A stretch of 64,000 bases of DNA from positions 1 to 64,000 of the IMG/VR virus record IMGVR_UViG_3300020460_001010; one strand, given 5' to 3'. This document shows positions 20,101-27,831 of this stretch, one piece after another; within the stretch, counting starts at the first letter, position 1, and the number at the start of each line of letters is the position of its first letter. A program made the position numbers and the translations under genes. Source of the DNA: a virus (Duplodnaviria > Caudoviricetes). The notes under the pieces are model-generated. The model saw only the letters and a list, made by a program, of their open reading frames with translations, had not been told where the DNA came from and searched no databases.

Positions 20101-23100
20101 ATGATAAAACCACTTCGTAGCTCTGATAAAATTGTTCGTCCTTTTAAGACATTTAAGTCGTGGTCATATAAAAACACGGATGTATCGGATGTTATATTGC
20201 TTGAGCATTTATATTATAGTGCGGTTGAAGGAGGAATGGTCGGTGAACCAACGATACAAACCAAGACACAAATAGAACAACAATGGTCGGAATATTTTAG
20301 TGAAATGGAATATGATATACGGGAATATTCCAGTTCCGGTATAGAGTATCTTGAAGTATTGACAACCGACATAGATCCGGTGGTTGTTGCAAAGTACAGA
20401 GGAACTGAAATTTCCAACTCATTATTATATGAGAGTGGTAACGGTGCATCTCCAGAGACACATGAGATAAAATTTGGAGAATTTGATTTAGTTGTGAAAC
20501 ATGGTAAAAAAATAGATGGAGTTTTTTACCCAGTTGGACATCGAAGGTATGACGAAACTAAAGAACCTATAAATTATGATGGTTCATATCAACGGGTGGT
20601 GTATAATACCATAAAACATCTATTCTATAATGAATATTTTGTTAAACATTATGATTATAACTCGAATAAGGAATTGGATATTAAAAATCCACATATGTTG
20701 TTTGGGGTGGAGAGTGCGGAATACCATGATCCAACGGTGCTTGAAGATATTGATACTGGGGAGTCATATACAAATCGTAGAATTGAAAGACGAGTGATTG
20801 GAGACGAAATAAAAGTTCTTGAGATATCAAGAAAGCATTTTGGTGAGAAAATAAGACCAACTTCCGTGAAAATAGTTGATTATAGTTCTGAATTTGAGAT
20901 TATAAACATAATTGACGATGGATATACTAATTTAATAACAACCGAAGGTACATTCGATAATGTTCACCGAGTTGGTGTTACGTGGGCAGATAGGATACTT
21001 GCATATGGAAAACCGGAACAATTATTTGACCCAACGGATTTTTCTTTTGGAGAAACATTGTCCTCAAGTGGACCGTATTTTATTACGGGATGTCCAATGG
21101 AATACGATGAATTGTCGGAGTCGCAAGCAGGAAGTGCCTATCTGAGCAAGTATGACAGAATATCGGATTCATTCAAGACAATCCGTGCGTTTGCATGTCC
21201 ATTTACGCAAAATGGATTGTCTCTTGAGCAACGACATGATCATAACAATCTATTGTTAAGACAGATTGGTGATGTGGTGTTGTCAAACGATTATTCACTT
21301 AATGATAATTTCGGAAACGCAGTTGAACTCACCGATTCATATTGTGCCATTGGTGCGTCAAGAGCACACATTAGAGGAGAATCATCAGAAGCACCCACAG
21401 GATATGCTTTTATATATGAAAGAAACAAAGGTGGAAACGATAACTGGGGAATGGTCAATATTTTAGAGGGACTCCCAGGGTCAGAGTTTGGTTCGTCAAT
21501 TTCAATTAGTGATGATACAATGGCAGTTGGATCACCAGGAATATCGGATGGTTCTGGTGTGGTTTATATTTTTAAACGAGAGTTGAGAACAACTGAAAGT
21601 TCATGGAATCGGATAACTGATGTTCCTGACGGTTACACTTGGGATGCAGAGTCCAAAAAGTTTGAGGGATACCCCAGAGATTGTGAACTTGAACAACTAA
21701 ATCAGTCAACTACACGATGGAAGATAAAGTCGGTCATACCAGATGGTAGTATATTAAATTGTTTTACTGATATAGGTACTTTTGAGTTTGGGGATGAATT
21801 GGTATCTGGTAGTATGCCAATGTCTGGTAGTATGCCAATGTCTGGTAGTATGTCAATATCTGGTAGTCTACCAATGTCGGAGTGTATGTGTGACATTTCA
21901 ACATTTGATGGGGAGGATATAATCTCTCACGGAACTACCAGAGAAACCGATGATGAATTTGATGCTGGATATGAACCACACAAATATACCAAGAGTCCTG
22001 CATATGCGAGTGGTGATACGAATTGGGTATTGGATTCATACGTGAAATTGGATACTCCTGAGAAATGTTCTATGTTTGGTGAAGAAGTTAAACTTGTGGG
22101 TAATCGTTTATATGTCTCAACACCGTCATCCGATTCACAGACTTGCTATGTATTTGAACGCACCCACACCGAATGTGATAGTGTGGTGTGGACAGAGGTG
22201 TATAATATAACAAAAGACGGAGTGTTGGATAAATTGTCTGGAAAGTATACGGAGACCCCACACCAAGACAGATCTTTAATGGTTAGTTTTCCATATGAGT
22301 ATTCCGAGGTTGAGCATCATAGTTTTGGAAAATCTATTGATGCGAATGAAACATACTTGGTAATAGGTGACCCACAGGATAGGGAATATGCAACAGACAC
22401 GGAGACATATACGGGAGGGGCTGCATATGTATATAGGGTCGATGGTGGTGTTGAGTTTGAATCTAAAATGTATGGAGACGAAAAGTCGGAAACAAGATTT
22501 ACAACGAGATTTGGTAATTCGGTATCGATTTTTGAAAATGACATCCTGGTGGGGGCATATTGTACAGATACAAGTAAACTTGAGTTAAAGAATTCTACAA
22601 TATATGTGGATGACTATTACGCAGGTACGAACACATTGGCAGATGAAACATACTACAATGGACCAATTGCACTAAATGCAGTCGAAGGATACGCATTTTA
22701 TTATAGGATGGTTGGGGGTGAAGAACCTACATTGTTGAAAAAAGTTAAGATGAATAAGAAAAAAAGTTCTATTCGCAGACAATATGCATACTCGGTTTCA
22801 TTGAGTTCCGATTATATGTATGTTGGACTTCCTGTCATTGGAAATTTTCCATATTCCGAATTATCCACATTTGATGGTCACGACTTGGCTGCGGAGTGTG
22901 AGTCAAAAGAAAACCCACATGAATCTAAGGCACGGGAAGCACTGTTCATGTATTATGGAAAATTTAATGAAGTGGATTGGGAATCCGACAACCGAGACTT
23001 ATCTGGAAACGTAATAGCATATAGAACCGATTCTGTGCGTGAGATGAAAAACCACCAAGTTGGAAACATTTTTTATAAAAATGGAGTAGTAGTAATCACG

Positions 23101-23943
23101 GATGTTAGAAATCACTTGAAGAATATACTAAGTGGGAGTCATAATGATGGATATGAAATAGAGTTTGCAGGTACACATACACTATATGAAACTGAGATAT
23201 TATGTACGGTTGAACCAAATGAATTTAATATGAGCACAAATCCAACCTCTGTGGTATCTGAAGATATTATATATGATGTTAATGGGGATGGAAAATTTGA
23301 TATATTGGATTTGATAATAATATATAAATATTTAAAAGGTCACACGGGTTCGTCATATGTATTAAACGAAGTTGTGTCAGATGAGGAGGTACCTGGAGGT
23401 CTTTCGGTTGAACAGGATACTATGTGGCCGAACTCGGATATATTGTTGACTGAATCCGATGATGCAATCTTGATGTTTTTTGAAAGGGAGTCGGATAATT
23501 TATCTGTTGAGGAGTATAATAAAACATTACCAATATTACGCAAACTTAAGGATAATGGTGACTTTGATGTGAACAACGATGGTACATCTGGAAGTGCAGA
23601 TGCCAAATTAATAATTAGATATTTTAAAGGAAATACAGGACAAGATTTGACCCGGGGATTGATAACTAAGAATTCAAAACGAAGGGTGTCGGTGGATATA
23701 GTTGATTTTCTAGACAAGAGGACTGGTAAGAGTAATGGTGTTGAGATTTTACCTGAATTTGAACGATTTACCGATTTAAATCGGTTAATTTCATGTGGAA
23801 AGACTATGGACGCACTACATCCATATGTCACTACAATCGGTCTTTATAGTGGTCTTGACCTCGTTGGAGTTGCAAAACTTGCAAAACCAACCAAGATAAC
23901 TCCGAGTTATCCAATAAATTTTTTAATAAAATATGATGGTTAA
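20101..23943 (+). CDS. Virion protein with FG-GAP-like beta-propeller repeats and two dockerin/EF-hand-like repeats
   Basis: FGNAVEL..AIGA, FGSSISIS..AVGSPG, FGKSIDA..VIGDP, FGNSVSI..LVGAY; YDVNGDGKFDILDL and FDVNNDGTSGSADA; C-terminal PYVTTIGLY..VGVAKLAKP. Confidence 0.8.
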   Translation: MIKPLRSSDKIVRPFKTFKSWSYKNTDVSDVILLEHLYYSAVEGGMVGEPTIQTKTQIEQQWSEYFSEMEYDIREYSSSGIEYLEVLTTDIDPVVVAKYRGTEISNSLLYESGNGASPETHEIKFGEFDLVVKHGKKIDGVFYPVGHRRYDETKEPINYDGSYQRVVYNTIKHLFYNEYFVKHYDYNSNKELDIKNPHMLFGVESAEYHDPTVLEDIDTGESYTNRRIERRVIGDEIKVLEISRKHFGEKIRPTSVKIVDYSSEFEIINIIDDGYTNLITTEGTFDNVHRVGVTWADRILAYGKPEQLFDPTDFSFGETLSSSGPYFITGCPMEYDELSESQAGSAYLSKYDRISDSFKTIRAFACPFTQNGLSLEQRHDHNNLLLRQIGDVVLSNDYSLNDNFGNAVELTDSYCAIGASRAHIRGESSEAPTGYAFIYERNKGGNDNWGMVNILEGLPGSEFGSSISISDDTMAVGSPGISDGSGVVYIFKRELRTTESSWNRITDVPDGYTWDAESKKFEGYPRDCELEQLNQSTTRWKIKSVIPDGSILNCFTDIGTFEFGDELVSGSMPMSGSMPMSGSMSISGSLPMSECMCDISTFDGEDIISHGTTRETDDEFDAGYEPHKYTKSPAYASGDTNWVLDSYVKLDTPEKCSMFGEEVKLVGNRLYVSTPSSDSQTCYVFERTHTECDSVVWTEVYNITKDGVLDKLSGKYTETPHQDRSLMVSFPYEYSEVEHHSFGKSIDANETYLVIGDPQDREYATDTETYTGGAAYVYRVDGGVEFESKMYGDEKSETRFTTRFGNSVSIFENDILVGAYCTDTSKLELKNSTIYVDDYYAGTNTLADETYYNGPIALNAVEGYAFYYRMVGGEEPTLLKKVKMNKKKSSIRRQYAYSVSLSSDYMYVGLPVIGNFPYSELSTFDGHDLAAECESKENPHESKAREALFMYYGKFNEVDWESDNRDLSGNVIAYRTDSVREMKNHQVGNIFYKNGVVVITDVRNHLKNILSGSHNDGYEIEFAGTHTLYETEILCTVEPNEFNMSTNPTSVVSEDIIYDVNGDGKFDILDLIIIYKYLKGHTGSSYVLNEVVSDEEVPGGLSVEQDTMWPNSDILLTESDDAILMFFERESDNLSVEEYNKTLPILRKLKDNGDFDVNNDGTSGSADAKLIIRYFKGNTGQDLTRGLITKNSKRRVSVDIVDFLDKRTGKSNGVEILPEFERFTDLNRLISCGKTMDALHPYVTTIGLYSGLDLVGVAKLAKPTKITPSYPINFLIKYDG
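21805..21876 (+). repeat. 18-bp tandem repeat x4 encoding SGSMPM-like units
   Basis: TCTGGTAGTATGCCAATG x2, then TCTGGTAGTATGTCAATA and TCTGGTAGTCTACCAATG. Confidence 0.92.
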
Positions 23944-23956
23944 TCGTTTCATTTAA

Positions 23957-23964
23957 TATTTATA
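23957..23964 (+). promoter_or_regulatory. TATTTATA putative late promoter; AGGAG RBS at 23981-23985
   Basis: Recurrent motif plus SD 8 nt before ATG 23994. Confidence 0.6.
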
Positions 23965-23993
23965 GTAAATACAACATATTAGGAGACATAAAT

Positions 23994-24716
23994 ATGGCAG
24001 AAAAAAGAACAGATTTTAAATCAGGAGCAGACAGAAATTCATTAAAGTGGGGTCTTGAAGAACGACTCAACACAAATAACTCTCTGTTTAGGAAAGGACC
24101 AACTATATCACTTGATTCACAAAAGGGAACTGGTGTGGATTTCTTTAGTTATGGAGGTACCCGTCAAGAGTTGGATGGTACGGTCAAGAAAGGAAATACC
24201 ACAGGGGCAAATCGTCACCGCACAACAAATGAAGTGCAAGATGCCGTACAACAAGTGGACTCCACAATATATAGAAAAGGACCGGATGGTAAGGTCAACC
24301 CAACAACTGATATGGGTGTTAATTTTATATCGGACTCTGGATCTGGAGGAACTCCGGGATTTCGTCAGAAGCAAGGTATGGATAACATTGCCAAGTATAA
24401 TGGACATGCAACTGAGTATAATCCTGATAAGACTGTATTTAGAAAGGCAATGCCAGCACCTGGTGGGTATTCTGCACCAGGAATAGATTCAAGTGCAGGT
24501 CGTGGACCTGGGTCAAACTTTATGTCAGACCAAAAGGGAAGTGGCAAAAATCTAATGGGATTTACCCGCAGAGCTGACCAAGTTAATATTTCCGACTATG
24601 GAGGAAATGATCCACTAAAGGCCGCACAAGCAAGTGTATATAGAAATTATATGGATACTGTTAGATATGAGACATCCTTTGGAATGTCAGAAATCTCAGG
24701 CAGTGACGTATTTTAA
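23994..24716 (+). CDS. Gly-rich protein with three degenerate internal repeats; unknown function
   Basis: Own promoter and strong RBS; repeats (F/Y)RK...G(V/S)(D/N)FxS. Confidence 0.8.
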   Translation: MAEKRTDFKSGADRNSLKWGLEERLNTNNSLFRKGPTISLDSQKGTGVDFFSYGGTRQELDGTVKKGNTTGANRHRTTNEVQDAVQQVDSTIYRKGPDGKVNPTTDMGVNFISDSGSGGTPGFRQKQGMDNIAKYNGHATEYNPDKTVFRKAMPAPGGYSAPGIDSSAGRGPGSNFMSDQKGSGKNLMGFTRRADQVNISDYGGNDPLKAAQASVYRNYMDTVRYETSFGMSEISGSDVF

Positions 24717-24724
24717 GTTTTTTC

Positions 24725-24753
24725 TTGCAAGTGTAGGGTTATACGCATAACAT
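24725..24753 (+). promoter_or_regulatory. Sigma70-type promoter TTGCAA-N17-TAACAT, 6 nt before ATG
   Basis: Correct spacing; heads the RuvC-primase-SbcCD operon. Confidence 0.55.
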
Positions 24754-24759
24754 AAGGTT

Positions 24760-25281
24760 ATGCAAAATGAATCATATTGTTTAGGACTTGATATAAGTTC
24801 TACTGTTGTAGGTTATTGTGTATCTAGTTCAAAAGATGATATTCTTGATGCTGGATATATTGATATACACAAAGAAAAAAGTACCAAAGAAAAGGCACAC
24901 AAAGTTGCTCAATATCTAGATCCTCGTTCTATTGAACCAACCACTATAATTGTAGAAGATTCACTGAGTGGGTTCGGTGGAGGTCGAACAAGTCAACAAA
25001 CTATTGTAAAACTCGCAAAGTGCAATGCGGTAATAAGTTATGTAATTGAAGCACTATATGAGGTTGATATCAATCATGTAAATGTATCAACTCTCCGTAA
25101 GGCAGTTTTTGGGAAAAGTCGTGAAAAGGGAGTGGATAGCAAAACTTTTGTACGTGAACAACTTGAGAAAAAGATTGATTTATCTAAGTTTATCGTCTAT
25201 AATAGTAGAAAAAATTATGATAAAAAGAACTATGATATGCTGGATGCAACTGTAGCATCTCTTTATCACTGGTATAAGTAG
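24760..25281 (+). CDS. ruvC: RuvC-like Holliday junction resolvase
   Basis: LGLDISSTVVG, IIVED and DMLDA catalytic-type motifs of the RNase H/RuvC fold. Confidence 0.85.
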   Translation: MQNESYCLGLDISSTVVGYCVSSSKDDILDAGYIDIHKEKSTKEKAHKVAQYLDPRSIEPTTIIVEDSLSGFGGGRTSQQTIVKLAKCNAVISYVIEALYEVDINHVNVSTLRKAVFGKSREKGVDSKTFVREQLEKKIDLSKFIVYNSRKNYDKKNYDMLDATVASLYHWYK

Positions 25282-25284
25282 CAA

Positions 25285-26211
25285 ATGGGGATTTCCGAAC
25301 AGAAATTGCTTACCTTATTGCAAAAAGTTTTAGGTGAAGGTAAGATTGTCTCTAAAGACGAGGCAATGTTTATGTGTCCGTTTTCCCACCACAGAAAACC
25401 TAAGTTGGCAGTAAATCTGACCACACAGAGGTGGCAAAGTTGGATTGACACAAATGCAAAGGGTAGGAGTATCTTTGCGTTGTTCAAGAGGTTACAGGTT
25501 CCTAGCAATTATTTTGCAGAACTATCAAAGATTGTAAAACTACCCAAGAACACTAAGTTGGCAGATACGGAAGAACAATACGTATCATTGCCCTATGAGT
25601 TTAAAAGATTGACCGAAACCCACAAGGATTTTTCTTATACAAAGGCAATGAACTATTTAAAAAGTCGTGACATCGAATCATATGACATTGAGAGATATGA
25701 TATAGGATATTGTGCAGATGGTGATTATGCAGGAAGGATTATAGTTCCATCTTACGATGCTGATAATAAATTAAATTATTTTCTTGCTAGAGATTTTACT
25801 GGAACTGCCTATTTGAAATATAAGAATCCACCCGTTAGCAAGGACGTCGTGGTGTTTGAAAATCAAATAGATTATTCCGAACCTATTGTGTTATGTGAAG
25901 GAGTTTTTGATGCGATTGCTATACGAAGAAACGCAATTGCTTTGTTGGGTAAAAACATCCCAAGTAAATTAAAAATTAAAATGATTGAAAACAAAGTTTC
26001 TGAAGTTTATGTGGTTCTTGACGAAGATGCCATTAAAAATGCAGTAGCAATTACAGAAACATTGTTGAATGAGGACATCAAAGTGCGCTTCGTTAAAATG
26101 GGAAACGAAGATGCCGCTGACGTTGGATTCCGAGGTATGGTGGAAAAACTTCGGAATACTCCTGTGATGGGATTTGACGCATTGATGAAACAAAAGTTAT
26201 GCATGAGTTAA
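25285..26211 (+). CDS. dnaG: DNA primase (DnaG/TOPRIM) with degenerate Zn-binding domain
   Basis: YLKSR.I, GRIIVP, KYKNP, LCEGVFDA, LDED, DAAD motifs. Confidence 0.9.
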   Translation: MGISEQKLLTLLQKVLGEGKIVSKDEAMFMCPFSHHRKPKLAVNLTTQRWQSWIDTNAKGRSIFALFKRLQVPSNYFAELSKIVKLPKNTKLADTEEQYVSLPYEFKRLTETHKDFSYTKAMNYLKSRDIESYDIERYDIGYCADGDYAGRIIVPSYDADNKLNYFLARDFTGTAYLKYKNPPVSKDVVVFENQIDYSEPIVLCEGVFDAIAIRRNAIALLGKNIPSKLKIKMIENKVSEVYVVLDEDAIKNAVAITETLLNEDIKVRFVKMGNEDAADVGFRGMVEKLRNTPVMGFDALMKQKLCMS

Positions 26212-26903
26212 ACACGAAGATAAAAAAAGTTGAAAAGATCTATCATGTATCGGATATTCACCTAAGAAACGTAAAACGTCATAAAGAATACCGAAGTGTA
26301 TTTGAAAACTTTTACAAGCAACTAAAGGAAGATGCACTTGAGAATGCAATAATTTTTATTGGTGGGGATGTTGCTCATGCCAAAACAGAAATGAGTCCTG
26401 AACTCGTTGCGGAAATTGCAGACTTCTTTAATAAATGTGCGGAAATACACCCAACAATATTAATTGCTGGAAACCACGATTGTAACTTGAATAACCCAGA
26501 TAGATTGGATGTGTTGACCCCAATCGTTGATATGCTTGATAATGACAATCTGTTTTATTTAAGAGATACTGGGGTTTATAAAATTGGTGATGTGGCAATT
26601 AGTGTGTTCGGAATATTTGAAGATCCAAGTGAATATGTCAGAGGAAAAGATATAACCGACAAATCAATTTCAACAAAGGTGGCAGTTTATCACGGAGCAA
26701 TTAAAAGAAGCAGAACTGACGTGGGTTATGTTATTGTAGGTGGTGATGTGCCGATGTATATGTTTGATGGATATGACATGGTGATGTTGGGTGATATTCA
26801 CAAACACCAAATTTTACAAGAGTATCATACGGAAGCATTGTTTGTTCCCGAATCTAAGGCAGATGAGTATGTCCTTGACGGATGGGAGGTGTGTGATGAC
26901 TAA
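26199..26903 (+). CDS. sbcD: SbcD/Mre11 (gp47-like) metallophosphoesterase, N-terminal part only
   Basis: SDIH, GGDVAH, AGNHD, YHG, LGDIHK motifs; the YSGS motif and capping domain are in the 27821 ORF. Confidence 0.88.
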   Translation: MHELNTKIKKVEKIYHVSDIHLRNVKRHKEYRSVFENFYKQLKEDALENAIIFIGGDVAHAKTEMSPELVAEIADFFNKCAEIHPTILIAGNHDCNLNNPDRLDVLTPIVDMLDNDNLFYLRDTGVYKIGDVAISVFGIFEDPSEYVRGKDITDKSISTKVAVYHGAIKRSRTDVGYVIVGGDVPMYMFDGYDMVMLGDIHKHQILQEYHTEALFVPESKADEYVLDGWEVCDD

Positions 26904-27831
26904 TATTCTGATAAGATGTCGGAACATCCACATAGGTGATGTGATTTTTTCAAGCAGTGTTGCAAAGAAACTGAAAGAAAGAAATCCAAATTGCATTGTT
27001 CACTATGACATCAATTATTTGCAACCTATGGAGTTGCTTATCAACAATCCTTATATAGACGGAGTGTATTACAAGGAAACCGCAAATGTAGATTATGATG
27101 TAGTATATCAATTGATGAATGATGATGTGTCTACATTAAGTCCGTATGAGTCAGCAGTTTCTCAGTTTCAACGAATGTGTGGAATTGAAAATTTCGATGA
27201 TACCTTTGAAGTTTTTACAAATCCTCAACTCGATTATTCTATACAAAGAAGTATGGAGGAATTGACGCAAATTGGTGATTGGGACAATGACCTGATTAAA
27301 ATAGGATATCAGTCGGATTGGGACAGAAAAAGTTTTCTGTTTACTGAAGAGGAATATTATCGTGCGGAGGGTGGAGAAGATGGAACTGGGTACGGAAGTG
27401 GAAAACGAAATGTATTTGACATAATTAACTGCTTGGAGATTTCCCCAAAAATTATGTTGTTTGCATTGGGTATTGATGAAAAGGTTTCAAAGAATTATCC
27501 TTGTTTGAATTCAACTAGCAAATTTTCATTTACTGCAAGTTTGATGAAGAATTGTGATTATGTTATCGGGGGTGAGGGATGCCTTACAAATGTTTCATCT
27601 GCACTTGGTACAAAAACAATAATAACTACCGACTATATCTATCAGATGTTCGGCCCAAAGGGAATTAGGTGGCAACAAAATGGAGGTGATACAAATAGTC
27701 TGGAAACTCGTAAACCATTTTTGGGTCCAAATGTTTATTTTCCAGAAGGTGGTCATGTTGAGTTAAATCCATTTTTAACGGATGCCCAAGTTGGTGAGAA
27801 AATTTTAAGAATAGCACTTGATGGAAACTAA
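26896..27831 (+). CDS. Glycosyltransferase, GT9 (heptosyltransferase-like)
   Basis: NILIRCRNIHIGDVIFSSSVAKKLKERNP...LLINNPYID and MKNCDYVIGGEG..NVSSALGTKTI match GT9 N- and C-domain patterns; SD GGAGGT before ATG 26896. Confidence 0.75.
   Translation: MTNILIRCRNIHIGDVIFSSSVAKKLKERNPNCIVHYDINYLQPMELLINNPYIDGVYYKETANVDYDVVYQLMNDDVSTLSPYESAVSQFQRMCGIENFDDTFEVFTNPQLDYSIQRSMEELTQIGDWDNDLIKIGYQSDWDRKSFLFTEEEYYRAEGGEDGTGYGSGKRNVFDIINCLEISPKIMLFALGIDEKVSKNYPCLNSTSKFSFTASLMKNCDYVIGGEGCLTNVSSALGTKTIITTDYIYQMFGPKGIRWQQNGGDTNSLETRKPFLGPNVYFPEGGHVELNPFLTDAQVGEKILRIALDGN

Noticed and set aside
26791-26895. Upstream GTG start for the glycosyltransferase
   Set aside because: Overlaps SbcD by over 100 nt; ATG 26896 has a GGAGGT SD and matches the GT9 N-terminus
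26880-27830. Self-splicing intron, intein or T4 gene-60-type ribosomal hop rejoining SbcD
   Set aside because: The insert is fully occupied by a GT9 ORF; no group I/II or Hint motifs seen; about 920 nt is far longer than the known hop and the downstream ORF has its own coupled ATG. Not formally excluded without RNA data
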